From: Candidatus Woesearchaeota archaeon
GTDB taxonomy: Archaea; Nanobdellota; Nanobdellia; Woesearchaeales; SM23-78
Assembly (NCBI GenBank): GCA_016935175.1
Contig: JAFGRK010000032.1
Location: forward strand, 1,719 to 65,718
Direction: 5' to 3'
DNA: 64,000 nt
The number at the start of each line of letters is the position of its first letter. Within the stretch, counting starts at the first letter, position 1. Below are positions 1 through 9,804 of the stretch, in pieces. The notes below the pieces were generated by a model. It saw only the letters and a program-made list of their open reading frames with translations. It was not told the origin of the DNA and made no database searches. The position numbers and the translations under genes are program-made.

Positions 1-1247
1 AATGGCTGGCCTGTTGTCCAGTGAGCCACTCCAGGGGCATAATCAATCTGCACCTTGTTCCCAATCGTGGTGTTGCCATAATAGCTTTCTGCTGCTGGCA
101 AAAATTCATATTCCTGGGCAAAAGATTGCAGCTTAGAGCTAAGATTATCAACTCCTTTCTGGGATTCCTTTATAGTGCCTTCAATCCAGTACACATAAGT
201 GCTTTCTTCTCCTCCCTTAGGGCGCCAAGCTGAAACAGGGACACAAGTCCTGAACCTGTCAGGGTTACCAATATTCTGGTTTCCGTTAAACAAAGCATCA
301 AATGTTTCAGCATATGCGCTGACTGGATTTGCACTGGATTGGTTGACAAATTCTTTTGAAGACAAGACCTTGACTCCTGAAATAGGATATGTTACATTAG
401 TCACTCCGGAAAGCTGGCTTTCCCTGAAAGCCCAAAAATCTCCATCAGGAGGAGGCGTGGAATTATGTATATTGTTCGCATCTACAAAATTTATCACATT
501 AGTAATATAAGCCTCTTCAAATGCTGTGCCAACATATCTCTTGCCCCATTCCTGGTAATCAAGAAGAGCAACCTTGATGCCATACTCCTTGCCATTTTCC
601 CAGTAGCCTTCGAAAAAGATAGGGTCAAGCCTCAACCCTGTCAACGGGTCTGGATTTGAGCTTGCATTCAAGAACCTAGGCTCACGACCATTATTAAAGC
701 TTCTTCCCATGCTGTCTTTCTTAGTGAACACTTCTGTATGCAAATATGTCCAGTCTACATCTGCTAATAGAATAACGTTCTCTGCTGTCAATGTATTATT
801 AGTCACGCCTATGTTCCTGTATTCCCTTGGCAGGCAGTCATTGTCAAAATAAACTTTAGGATAGAGTATGATTGTGCACGGCTCTGTTTGATTGGTTGTC
901 TCTGCAAGGTTCAGGGTTGTGCCTTCGGTTTGTACTGTTTCTAATAGTTCTAGTGTTGCTGGATCCTGGCTCAGCGGCGGATAAGTCACGCCAGTATTTT
1001 CCATGATCACCCTGAAGCCTCCTCCAGTCACAGGCACTCCGTAGTGAAGTGTCTTTCCTACCTCTACTTTTATAGAATGCTTGTACTTGGTGGGCGGTGG
1101 TGGCGGGTCTGGCCCGTTTGGCGTTGAGCATGCTGCTCCTACCAGTGCTATGTAGCCTGCTAGCGCTGCTGTGCCTAGCCATTTGGCTCCTTTCTGTAGA
1201 AAATTCTTCTTGGTCTTATTCTCTAGGTCTTCTGCCATTATTCTCAT
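1..1247 (-). CDS. Secreted lipoprotein, partial (runs off the left edge; absent from the ORF track)
   Basis: Manual translation from ATG 1247 (or 1238) gives MRIMAEDLENKTKKNFLQKGAKWLGTAALAGYIALVGAACSTPNGPDPPPPPTKY..., with no stop down to position 3. It has a hydrophobic signal, a lipobox-like GAAC, a Pro linker and several N-x-S/T sequons. Confidence 0.8.
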   Translation of the reverse strand, partial: MRIMAEDLENKTKKNFLQKGAKWLGTAALAGYIALVGAACSTPNGPDPPPPPTKYKHSIKVEVGKTLHYGVPVTGGGFRVIMENTGVTYPPLSQDPATLELLETVQTEGTTLNLAETTNQTEPCTIILYPKVYFDNDCLPREYRNIGVTNNTLTAENVILLADVDWTYLHTEVFTKKDSMGRSFNNGREPRFLNASSNPDPLTGLRLDPIFFEGYWENGKEYGIKVALLDYQEWGKRYVGTAFEEAYITNVINFVDANNIHNSTPPPDGDFWAFRESQLSGVTNVTYPISGVKVLSSKEFVNQSSANPVSAYAETFDALFNGNQNIGNPDRFRTCVPVSAWRPKGGEESTYVYWIEGTIKESQKGVDNLSSKLQSFAQEYEFLPAAESYYGNTTIGNKVQIDYAPGVAHWTTGQP

Positions 1248-1332
1248 TTATTCATCCTTTCCTCTTTAAATACTTTTCGGTTTTGTAACTATTAGGTAGT
1301 GGTTATCAAGCGTAAATCTTTCGCCTCTGCAA

Positions 1333-1347
1333 CGAAAACTTTAAATA
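1333..1347 (+). promoter_or_regulatory. Putative archaeal BRE-TATA promoter of the MNT-HEPN pair
   Basis: CGAAAAC followed by TTTAAATA, ending about 23 nt upstream of ATG 1370; compatible with a leaderless transcript. Confidence 0.45.
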
Positions 1348-1360
1348 CACATTATCATTA

Positions 1361-1924
1361 TTGTTACACATGAAACAAATAAGTTACAATATCATAGAGC
1401 AGCTACTAAAAAAAGAATCTTTTCCAAGAGAAATCGCAAGAGAGCTAAAAACTAATCCAATGAGTGTAATTAGATGCTTGCATCACCTCACAAACGATAA
1501 CATAGTTTCCTTCAGGCAGGTAGGCAAGTCCAAGGTCTATTCATTGAAAAAAACGCAGGAAGCATTCGCTTATGCGTGCATAGCAGAGCACAATAAGCGC
1601 CTTAAGCTTTTTAAGAAATATCCTGCTCTTGCAGTCTTGGCAGAAGACATCCTAAGGTCCACAAGTTCAGGCCTGATAATTATTTTTGGCTCCTACGCCA
1701 AGTTCAATGCGAAAAAAGACAGTGACATCGACTTATATGTTGAAACATCTGATGGAAAAGAAAAAGAAAAGCTTGAGCAAATATATTCCGGACTCAGCGT
1801 AAAAACAGGCCTTTTTGATACAGAGAGTATATTAATGAGAGAGATTGTCAAGAACCACGTAATCCTAAGAGGAGTTGAAGCTTACTTTGGAAAAATCAAG
1901 GTTTTTGATGAAGCTAAAGCATAA
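1361..1924 (+). CDS. wHTH plus minimal nucleotidyltransferase (MNT antitoxin)
   Basis: N-terminal HTH (PREIARELKTNPMSV) and the Pol-beta-family motif IIFGSYAK...SDIDLYV. Likely start ATG 1370. Confidence 0.85.
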   Translation: MLHMKQISYNIIEQLLKKESFPREIARELKTNPMSVIRCLHHLTNDNIVSFRQVGKSKVYSLKKTQEAFAYACIAEHNKRLKLFKKYPALAVLAEDILRSTSSGLIIIFGSYAKFNAKKDSDIDLYVETSDGKEKEKLEQIYSGLSVKTGLFDTESILMREIVKNHVILRGVEAYFGKIKVFDEAKA

Positions 1925-2369
1925 AGGAAAAATAGAGCTAGTTGAGCCTTCAGAAGACATAAAGGGGTCATACCTCATCAAGTCCCAAAGCAACATCGAA
2001 TCAGCAAAAATGCTGTTGAATGCTGAAAAATTCGAAGAGTCAATATCACTAGCCTATTATTCTATGTACAATTGCATCATGGCATTATTCTTTAAGTGCG
2101 GAATAAAATGCGAGAACCATTCCGGCTCAATAATCATCTTCAATAGGCTTTTCAAGCAAAAAGAGCTTGCAAATATAATCGAGCTTGGGAAAAAAAAGCG
2201 CATCGACACTCAATATTACACTAACTCAAATATTTCTAGCCAAGATTGCGAAAGCATAATCAGGAATGCTGACTTTTTCAACTTAGAATGTAAGAACCTC
2301 ATTAAGAGATTAAATCCAGAGAAAATCTCATCCTTAAGGGAAGAATTAGCAGAGGCATTGTCTTTTTAG
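1875..2369 (+). CDS. HEPN domain protein (toxin of an MNT-HEPN pair)
   Basis: SLAYYSMYNC...GIKCENHSG and RIDTQYY are typical of archaeal HEPN; the gene overlaps the MNT gene. Start is uncertain (1875-1908). Confidence 0.85.
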   Translation: MKLTLEKSRFLMKLKHKGKIELVEPSEDIKGSYLIKSQSNIESAKMLLNAEKFEESISLAYYSMYNCIMALFFKCGIKCENHSGSIIIFNRLFKQKELANIIELGKKKRIDTQYYTNSNISSQDCESIIRNADFFNLECKNLIKRLNPEKISSLREELAEALSF

Positions 2370-2429
2370 ATAAATTTTTTTGTGCCAAAAACAAAATTTT
2401 AAATAATACAAACCATAATCAACAACATC

Positions 2430-2945
2430 ATGGACAAAAGGGGTGCGTATTTCTTTGTGATAGACGCCTTGATAGGGGGAAGCATCATCTTCATAGGCTT
2501 GATTCTCATCTTCAGCTCAAGAGTAACCAAGACCGAGTCCAACCCGACCCTTAGCCTAGTCAATGACTTTGTCACAGTCATATCCACCACTCAGATAAGG
2601 AGCTTCCAAGGAGCATACGTCCAGTCATTGCTGGATGACGGCAACATCACCGACAGGGACAACACCTTGCTAGAGCAGCTCACAGAGTTCTACTGGCTCA
2701 ACCAGAGCGGGATAAGGGACACCACTGCCATAATGGATAATTACCTGAAAGAGATCAGCAAGACAGTCATACCTGATTACAGGAGCATATCAATCTCGCT
2801 TAACAACACCAGGCTCTACCACACCCAGAGCCTGCTGCCAGAGGAAGCAGGGCTAGGAGTAGGCACTCAGAAGATATCTTTCTACAGGATCAACACCACC
2901 CATATTTACGGCCCAGTATTGTTCGAGGTGGAAGTATGGGTCTAG
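2430..2945 (+). CDS. Minor pilin-like protein (class III signal peptide)
   Basis: MDKRG|AYFFVIDALIGGSIIFIGLILIF: basic-Gly cleavage site followed by a hydrophobic helix; lies upstream of the Tad ATPase. Confidence 0.65.
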   Translation: MDKRGAYFFVIDALIGGSIIFIGLILIFSSRVTKTESNPTLSLVNDFVTVISTTQIRSFQGAYVQSLLDDGNITDRDNTLLEQLTEFYWLNQSGIRDTTAIMDNYLKEISKTVIPDYRSISISLNNTRLYHTQSLLPEEAGLGVGTQKISFYRINTTHIYGPVLFEVEVWV

Positions 2946-3931
2946 CCAATAACAAGAAAGGCTTGGTATTCACCATACTAGCCATAGTCATGACAGTCTT
3001 CTTCACCACCATGTTCTCCTCAAAGATAGAAACGCCTATCGACTCAAAAGCCAGCCTGATAGAGGCCAGGGTGAGCTTGCTAGACAGCTACATGAATGAT
3101 TTCTACAGCTATGCAGAAGGCGCAGGCTCAGTAACAGGCTACGCAGCGATCCAAGGAATAATACAGGACATGAGCATGACACGCTCTTACAAGCCAGGCT
3201 TTGAGCAGGAGATGGCCAACTGCACCTTGCTAGGCAACCTCACCAGCACCAAGCTCTGCCCAGGCATGGAAAACCTCACCTTGATCAAATACCTTGACAC
3301 CATGAAAAAGCTGGCAGAGGACTTCCTTAACATAAAGGCTAACTACACAGTCAACAACATCAACATAACCCAGGGCCTAGATGCCTTCTCAGTGGAGCTG
3401 CTCATCAACATCACACTAGAGATAATTGATGACTATGCCAACCTAACAGACACAAGGGTTGTGGTAAGCCCTATCATCATCACAGGCCTGCCAGACCCAT
3501 TGTTCATGCTTAACGGCACCTATAACCAGAGCATACTGCAGAACAACCTCAACAAGAAAGAAGGGGACTGGAACTACACAGACCTGCAGAACCTGTACTA
3601 CAACAACACTTACAGGAACTACAAGCAAGGCATAAGCTTCATTAGGCGCATCAAAGGGGATTTCGCAGACATGACAGACTACTACGGCCTCGAGAGCATA
3701 GTGAACTACACCAGGGTTAGCTACCACGAGAACCACAGCATGATAGACTACCTTTACTGGCGCAACATCACCTTCCCCTGCAGGTCACCAACCTCTCCCT
3801 TCCCATACCTGGTAGGAATAAATGGAGACATACTGCCGATGAACGGGGCGCAGTACTTCCAGCTGGACGATGACCACAGGCTGAGCTTTGGCATCAACCC
3901 AGGCAACACTACCAGGACATGCACACCGTGA
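2936..3931 (+). CDS. Large pilin-like / adhesin protein (class III signal peptide)
   Basis: NKKG|LVFTILAIVM followed by an extracellular domain rich in N-x-S/T sequons with Cys pairs; overlaps the previous gene. Confidence 0.65.
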   Translation: MGLANNKKGLVFTILAIVMTVFFTTMFSSKIETPIDSKASLIEARVSLLDSYMNDFYSYAEGAGSVTGYAAIQGIIQDMSMTRSYKPGFEQEMANCTLLGNLTSTKLCPGMENLTLIKYLDTMKKLAEDFLNIKANYTVNNINITQGLDAFSVELLINITLEIIDDYANLTDTRVVVSPIIITGLPDPLFMLNGTYNQSILQNNLNKKEGDWNYTDLQNLYYNNTYRNYKQGISFIRRIKGDFADMTDYYGLESIVNYTRVSYHENHSMIDYLYWRNITFPCRSPTSPFPYLVGINGDILPMNGAQYFQLDDDHRLSFGINPGNTTRTCTP

Positions 3932-3941
3932 GACGGAAACG

Positions 3942-4095
3942 AAAAAGTCGCGTTGGGCAACAAAAGCTGAGGCTTTTGAGGTGCCAGCGTTTCTGGCACC
4001 ACCCCGGATGGGGCGACCCCCGCCCAAGCAACCACTGTGCAAGTCCTCGCTTATGCTTCGGACGTTGCACTGGTCGCTGGTTGCCGCGACTTTTT
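3942..4095 (-). repeat. Intergenic structured repeat, copy A
   Basis: Terminal inverted repeat AAAAAGTCGCG...CGCGACTTTTT. Minus-strand core GGGGGTCGCCCCATCCGGGGTG. Confidence 0.7.
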
Positions 4096-4148
4096 TTTAC
4101 TTAATGTTAATATTAATCGATAATTTTATATATTCTCATTAGTCATAA

Positions 4149-4670
4149 ATGCTTTTAGATAGTTTAATTCATAAACTGTCAAGGAAAAGAGGTGGGCAGC
4201 TATTGCCAGAGGAAGTAATAAGGACAGGAGTGGATGACCTGCTAGATCTTCTTAAGAAGACAGACAAGATATCAGTCCATGAAGCAGCCAAGAAGCTGAA
4301 GCTCAGCTCTGAGATGATACAGGCATGGGTAGATTTCCTGGTGGAAGAGGAGATAGTAGGAGTGGAGTACAAGTTCACCAAGCCAATAATCTACCTCAAC
4401 AAGCCACAGCAGGCCAAAGTGGATACTACAGTGAAGGAAGAGCCTGTTCAGAGCATGGAGATCTACAAGGCAGAGTTCAAGAGGAAAGCTGCTGAGAAGA
4501 ACATCCCTCAGGAAAAGATAAGCTTCTTCTGGCGCAACCACGTAAAGGAAGTATTAGTAAGGAAAAAAGACTTTTTTTACAGGGAAGCAAAGAAAAGGAA
4601 CCTTGCCAACGTGGAAAATCTTTGGAAGGCTTACGGGGAGAAGCTGCTCTCATCTCACAGCGCATCATGA
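4149..4670 (+). CDS. Hypothetical wHTH-containing protein of the pilus locus
   Basis: TGVDDLLDLL...ISVHEAAKKLKLSSEMIQAWVDFLVEEEIV resembles a winged HTH; codon style matches neighbouring genes. Confidence 0.6.
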   Translation: MLLDSLIHKLSRKRGGQLLPEEVIRTGVDDLLDLLKKTDKISVHEAAKKLKLSSEMIQAWVDFLVEEEIVGVEYKFTKPIIYLNKPQQAKVDTTVKEEPVQSMEIYKAEFKRKAAEKNIPQEKISFFWRNHVKEVLVRKKDFFYREAKKRNLANVENLWKAYGEKLLSSHSAS

Positions 4671-4688
4671 TAAAGGGGAAAATAAACA

Positions 4689-6137
4689 ATGGACTTTGAG
4701 AAATTCATCGATATTGACATCATAGAATTCCTTGACGAGCAAGCCCTAGCCCAGGCTGAGAAGTCAGCAGAGGTGAGGGAAGAGGAGTTCGACCTGTACG
4801 AGATAACCCAGGACTACACCCTGAACATAACCAAGGCCTTGAAGGAAGGCAACCTGAAAAAAGCCCAGGAGATATTTGAGGATGTCAAGTCCAAGTACAA
4901 CAAGGCTCCCGCAGACTCGCTCAACAAGAAAAGGCTTTACATCATCATGGAGGAGATATTTGAGAAGATAAAGGACTATGAGAGCCAGGAGGAAGGCAAG
5001 AAAAACCTTTTCGAGACCATAAGGGAGTACGAGGAGACAGGATTGTTCGCTACTCCAGGCCAGGCAGAGAAGAAAGCTCCTGAGACTATCGGCCTGCTCC
5101 TGAGCACCATCCACATAAAGGAGAAAGAGCTAGAGAAGATAACCACCAAGCAAACACTTAACCATTATGACTTTGCAAGGGCTATCCAGAGATACAGGCA
5201 GCTCAAGGAGCTCATCAAGAGGATTCCTGCTGAGCACGAGCAGGAAAAGGCTAAGAGCTATGAGTCAGCCCTGACATGGTATTACACTATCAAGAAGCTC
5301 AAGGAAAGGCTGGACAAGGAAGAGGAAAGCAAGATAAAGGAGGAGGCAGCCAAGGAGCAGCAGGACGAGAGGCCTATAGAGGAGAAGCTTGCAGAGGTAA
5401 GGAGGATCAAGGAAGAGATAATCCAGAGCCACATGAGGATAGTGGAGCTGGTAAGGAAGAAGGAGCTGCAGGCAAGCATAGAGGAATACAGGAAGCTAAA
5501 GGCCTTGTGCGAAGAGTTCCCATATGAGATGGAAGCAGAGAAGACAGCCCTGCTGGCAGACGCCCTTAGCATGTACGAAAGCATCAAGAGGCTTAAGCAA
5601 GAGCTGGCAAAAGAGGGCAAGGAAAAGAAAGAGGCCCATGAGCAAGAGCAAGCACAGGAAGAAAAAGAGCAGGCTGCCAAGCAGCAGATAATCAGCAAGA
5701 TAAGCAAGGTCAGGGAATGCCTGTCAAAGCAAGACTCTGAAGGCGCAGCCAGGGAGTACAATGAGATAAGGGAGATGTTCAGGGGCTACAGGGAAGGCTC
5801 GCTTGAGGAAAAGAAAGAGCTGTTTGACCAGATAATGAAAGCCCACCAGGACATAAGGAAGCTGCACGAGGAAGCCAAGAAAAAAAGCTCTCCGGGAAAT
5901 GAGAAGAAAACAGAGGGGATACAGGAGAAGCTTAACCATGTCCAGGAGCTGATAGACAGCGAGCAAGTGGATGAGGCAACGCAGCTGCTGTTAGAGGCCA
6001 AGCACCAGATAGAGATGCTCCCCCATGACGCTTTCGACGACAAATACTCTTTCACCAAGCAGGCAGAGGCAGCAGAGCACAAACTGCTCTTCCTGAAGAA
6101 CATGCACCGGATAGCAGCGCCTATAGGCGCAAGATGA
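4689..6137 (+). CDS. Helical-repeat / coiled-coil protein
   Basis: 482 aa, E/K-rich, with about five degenerate helical-hairpin repeats of the form A..(Y/F)..(L/I/V)(K/R).....P. Confidence 0.7.
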   Translation: MDFEKFIDIDIIEFLDEQALAQAEKSAEVREEEFDLYEITQDYTLNITKALKEGNLKKAQEIFEDVKSKYNKAPADSLNKKRLYIIMEEIFEKIKDYESQEEGKKNLFETIREYEETGLFATPGQAEKKAPETIGLLLSTIHIKEKELEKITTKQTLNHYDFARAIQRYRQLKELIKRIPAEHEQEKAKSYESALTWYYTIKKLKERLDKEEESKIKEEAAKEQQDERPIEEKLAEVRRIKEEIIQSHMRIVELVRKKELQASIEEYRKLKALCEEFPYEMEAEKTALLADALSMYESIKRLKQELAKEGKEKKEAHEQEQAQEEKEQAAKQQIISKISKVRECLSKQDSEGAAREYNEIREMFRGYREGSLEEKKELFDQIMKAHQDIRKLHEEAKKKSSPGNEKKTEGIQEKLNHVQELIDSEQVDEATQLLLEAKHQIEMLPHDAFDDKYSFTKQAEAAEHKLLFLKNMHRIAAPIGAR

Positions 6138-6166
6138 CAATTAGAATTAAAAGAGGATAATCCATA

Positions 6167-7660
6167 ATGGTTGAACTAGCAAGGCTAACAAGCCCGGGAC
6201 GGGCAAGCTTCTCAAGGAAGGAGCTGATAGACAGGTACACCATCACAGTCAACAACATAGTAGTGGACATAAGCATCTATTCTGAGGAGGACAAGCCAGT
6301 CCCGGAGTACGTGGTATCAATAACCAATATCAGCGACGCCACCAAGATAATCCTTGAGAAGATAAGGCAGGAGTTCATCTCCAAGATGAACCTTGAGGAG
6401 ATAGAGAAGCTGGAGCAGAACGAACTGATCAATATCAGGCAGAGGTTCAAGGGAGAGATAAAGAAGCTAATCTTCAAGTACTTCCCCAAGGCAGATGACA
6501 CCACAGCCAACATGCTCATCAACTACCTGATAGAGGAAAACCTGGGGATGGGCAAGGTGGAAATACTGCTCCAGGACCCAGCGCTTGAGGAGATAGTCAT
6601 CAACAACCACAAGGAGCCAGTATGGATCTATCACAGAAGGCACGGCTGGCTGGTCACCAACATCAAGATAATATCAGAGGACAGGATAAGGCACTTCGCA
6701 ACCATGATAGGAAGGGATGTTGGCAAGGAGATAACCAACCTCAGCCCATTGATGGACGCCCACCTAATGACAGGAGACAGGGTCAATGCCACCTTGAACC
6801 CTATCAGCACCAAGGGGCACACAATAACCATAAGGAAGTTCTCAGCAGACCCGTGGACCATCACCAAGTTCGTCAAGGAAGGGGTCCTTAGCTATGAGGC
6901 AGCAGCCTTCATCTGGCTGGCAGTGCAGAACGAATTAAGCGTTCTCATAAGCGGAGGCACAGGAAGCGGAAAGACCAGCATGCTGAACGTCATAAGCAAC
7001 TTTTTCCCGCCAAACCAGAGGATTATCAGCATAGAGGACACCAGGGAGCTAACTCTCCCGGAAAACCTGCACTGGGTACCGTTGGAGACCAGGCTTCCCA
7101 ACCCAGAAGGCAAGGGGGGAGTCACAATGCTTGACCTGCTGGTTAACAGCCTGAGGATGAGGCCTGACAGGATACTGGTGGGAGAGATAAGGAGGAAAAA
7201 AGAGGCAGAAGTATTGCTTGAGGCCATGCACACAGGGCACTCAGTCTATGCTACCATACACGCCAACAATGCAGAAGAGGTCATCATGAGGCTCACCAAC
7301 CCGCCGATAGAGATCCCCAAGCCCATGATAGCATCACTATCGCTGATAGTCATCCAGAACAGGAACAGGAGGACAGGCAAGAGAAGGACTCTCCAGCTGG
7401 CAGAAGTGACCCCTAGCGGCGACGTCAAGGTAATCATGAAGCTCAACATGGTGAAGGACATCCTAGAGGACGCAGCCAAGTCAGATACTGTGATTGATAG
7501 GCTTAAGCTATACACAGGCATGAGTGAGGAAGACATATCAAAAGACCTCACAGAGAAAGCCAGGATACTGAGGTGGATGGTCAAGAAGAACATCTTAAAT
7601 GTCAACCAGATAGGAGTGGTGATAGCCAAGTACTACATGGGGACTCTCTACCTTGACTAA
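6167..7660 (+). CDS. Type IV pilus / type II secretion ATPase (CpaF/TadA/VirB11 family)
   Basis: Walker A GGTGSGKT, Asp box SIEDTREL, LRMRPDRILVGEIR and His box TGHSVYATIHA. Confidence 0.95.
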   Translation: MVELARLTSPGRASFSRKELIDRYTITVNNIVVDISIYSEEDKPVPEYVVSITNISDATKIILEKIRQEFISKMNLEEIEKLEQNELINIRQRFKGEIKKLIFKYFPKADDTTANMLINYLIEENLGMGKVEILLQDPALEEIVINNHKEPVWIYHRRHGWLVTNIKIISEDRIRHFATMIGRDVGKEITNLSPLMDAHLMTGDRVNATLNPISTKGHTITIRKFSADPWTITKFVKEGVLSYEAAAFIWLAVQNELSVLISGGTGSGKTSMLNVISNFFPPNQRIISIEDTRELTLPENLHWVPLETRLPNPEGKGGVTMLDLLVNSLRMRPDRILVGEIRRKKEAEVLLEAMHTGHSVYATIHANNAEEVIMRLTNPPIEIPKPMIASLSLIVIQNRNRRTGKRRTLQLAEVTPSGDVKVIMKLNMVKDILEDAAKSDTVIDRLKLYTGMSEEDISKDLTEKARILRWMVKKNILNVNQIGVVIAKYYMGTLYLD

Positions 7661-7682
7661 AAAAATATTTAGGGGGGAATAA

Positions 7683-8492
7683 ATGACGCTCATAGACAAG
7701 ACAGATGCCAAGGCCACCCTGAAAAAAAAGCTCCACACAGCAGGCATCAACAAGAAGCCAGAGGAATTCCAGAAGCAGACAACTCGCGGGGCCATGATGG
7801 TAGGCTTGTGCATGGCAGCCCTTGGGTTCATGTTCGGCCAAAGGCAAGGAGGCCAAGGCCCAATCATGGCTATCCTTCTAGGGCTCACTTTCTTTGCAGT
7901 AGCCAAGTTCGTGATGAGCAAGTCAGTTGATTCTAAGATAAGCAAGAGGGCTAAGAGCATAGATAAGGATGTATTGTTCGCCGGCAGGTTCTTGCTCATA
8001 AAGCTCAACTCAGGCAAGCCCCTCATCAACTCGCTCACAGACGCCAGCCAGAGCTATGGCGTAGCCAACACTTATTTCAAGGACATAGTAAGGAACATAG
8101 ACCTGGGCACTCCTCTTGAGGATGCATTGGAAAAAGCCATGGACAACTGCCCATCAAAAAAGATGGGGAGAGTATTGTTCCAGATAAACAATGCCTTAAG
8201 GATAGGCATAGACGTGACCCAGAACCTGGAAGCAGTGCTGGAAGAGATAGCTAACGAGCAATTAGTTGAGATACAGAGATATGGGAAAAAGCTTAACAGC
8301 CTGACATTGTTCTACATGCTAGTGGCAGTGGTAGCCCCAAGCCTAGGGCTTACCATGTTCATGGTAGTCGCAGGATTAGTATCATTGGACATAGGCCCAG
8401 GAACTTTTGGAGTGTTCCTGCTATTCCTGATAATCCTTGAGCTAGTGTTCCTAAGCCTTTTCAAGAGCATAAGGCCTAACGTTAACATATAA
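7683..8492 (+). CDS. T2SS-F / TadB-TadC-like membrane platform protein
   Basis: Transmembrane helices plus a T2SSF-like cytoplasmic domain (DLGTPLEDAL); directly follows the ATPase. Confidence 0.85.
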   Translation: MTLIDKTDAKATLKKKLHTAGINKKPEEFQKQTTRGAMMVGLCMAALGFMFGQRQGGQGPIMAILLGLTFFAVAKFVMSKSVDSKISKRAKSIDKDVLFAGRFLLIKLNSGKPLINSLTDASQSYGVANTYFKDIVRNIDLGTPLEDALEKAMDNCPSKKMGRVLFQINNALRIGIDVTQNLEAVLEEIANEQLVEIQRYGKKLNSLTLFYMLVAVVAPSLGLTMFMVVAGLVSLDIGPGTFGVFLLFLIILELVFLSLFKSIRPNVNI

Positions 8493-8534
8493 AAAAACTA
8501 ACAAAAAAAATTAACATAAAAAAAGCAAATAAAC

Positions 8535-9566
8535 ATGACAATCCAACTTTACCTTGAGGAATTTGGAAAAGCATTTGTGCCCAAGAAGATAAGACCAAAG
8601 CTAGGCAAATACCTGGCCAAGGCAGGAATAGACGAAGTGCCCTACAAGCTATTCGGGATAATGTTCTGGGTTGCTGCAGTAATAACTTATTTTGTGTACG
8701 TCCCCCTGCTCTACCCGCTCCTGAAGCAGCTGCACTTGTTCGTGTTCTTCATACTCACCTTCTTCTCATGGTTCCTGGTGCAAGTATTAGTTTCAGGCAT
8801 GATAGTGATGTCAACTTATTTCTACCTTAACATAACCATCTACCAGAGGACCAAGATATTAGAGGACATGCTCCCAGACTACTTGTCACTCGTATCAACC
8901 AACCTGAAAGGAGGGATGAGCTTTGAGAAATCCCTCTGGTCAGCTATCAAGCCAGAGTTCGGCATACTGTCCAATGAGATAGGATTAGTGAGCAAGAAAG
9001 TAGCCACAGGCAATGATGTGAGCGAGGCATTGCAGGAATTCGCCAACAAGTATGACTCGCCAGTCCTCACCAGGAGCATAGACCTGATAAAAGGAGAGAT
9101 CCTGAGCGGAGGCACCATTTCAGGAGTGATAGACAGCCTGGTGACCAATCTCAAGAAGACCAAGGCCTTAAGGCAGGAAATGGTAGCAGCCACCCTCACC
9201 TACATGATATTCATGGCAGTAATAGTCATAGTCATCATGCCAGCCTTGTTCGCGCTCTCAAAACAATTATTGATAATACTGCTCAAGTTCGGGGCTCAGG
9301 TAAGCTCAAGCTTCCAGGCAGCAGGGACCCAGAACGCCATGTTCAACTTCTCAGTGGCCAACATCGACCCCTTCCATTTCCAGATGTTCTCAGTAGGCGC
9401 CATAAGCATAATAGCAGTCTTCACCTCCATGATCATAAGCACCATAGAAAAAGGCGACATAAGGGGAGGGTTGAAATACATACCCTTGTTCCTGGTAGGC
9501 GCGGTAGTCATGTACTTCATCTTCAACTCCATACTAGGCTCAGTCATGAGCGGCATGCAAATATAG
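8535..9566 (+). CDS. T2SS-F / TadC-like membrane platform protein
   Basis: LEDMLPDYLSLVSTNLKGGMSFEKSL...EFGILSNEI T2SSF motif and multiple transmembrane segments. Confidence 0.9.
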   Translation: MTIQLYLEEFGKAFVPKKIRPKLGKYLAKAGIDEVPYKLFGIMFWVAAVITYFVYVPLLYPLLKQLHLFVFFILTFFSWFLVQVLVSGMIVMSTYFYLNITIYQRTKILEDMLPDYLSLVSTNLKGGMSFEKSLWSAIKPEFGILSNEIGLVSKKVATGNDVSEALQEFANKYDSPVLTRSIDLIKGEILSGGTISGVIDSLVTNLKKTKALRQEMVAATLTYMIFMAVIVIVIMPALFALSKQLLIILLKFGAQVSSSFQAAGTQNAMFNFSVANIDPFHFQMFSVGAISIIAVFTSMIISTIEKGDIRGGLKYIPLFLVGAVVMYFIFNSILGSVMSGMQI

Positions 9567-9585
9567 GGCAGAAGCTATTGTAATC

Positions 9586-9681
9586 GCCAAAGCCAAGACC
9601 GTCGCAGCCTTGATATGCAACATTTGCGTTAGCAAATTTGCATGGCGCGGCGAGCGGTAGCGAGTAGGGCTTGGCTTTGGC
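9586..9681. repeat. Intergenic inverted-repeat element
   Basis: Perfect 12-bp arms GCCAAAGCCAAG (9586-9597) and CTTGGCTTTGGC (9670-9681). Confidence 0.55.
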
Positions 9682-9711
9682 AACTCATACAAATAGTAAG
9701 TGCATAAAAAA

Positions 9712-9727
9712 CCAAAAACTTTAAATA
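9712..9727 (+). promoter_or_regulatory. Putative BRE-TATA promoter of the major pilin
   Basis: CCAAAAAC followed by TTTAAATA; SD-like GAGGTGA at 9794-9800 before ATG 9805. Confidence 0.5.
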
Positions 9728-9804
9728 AGGGAAACACAAGGGTAAGATAATAAAATAAAAAAAGACTTCCCGTCAATCAGAATTGAAGGTGAAGAGGTGA
9801 TTTA

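Noticed and set aside
21-1288. Short ORFs in the track (21-233, 199-510, 465-659, 856-1182, 1097-1288)
   Set aside because: They are shadows of the long minus-strand lipoprotein frame that runs off the window.
5282-5761. Antisense Ser/Phe/Leu-rich ORFs here and opposite other E/K-rich genes (for example 15686-16015, 21065-21871, 34828-35067)
   Set aside because: They are expected reverse-complement artefacts of GAG/AAG-rich coding sequence.
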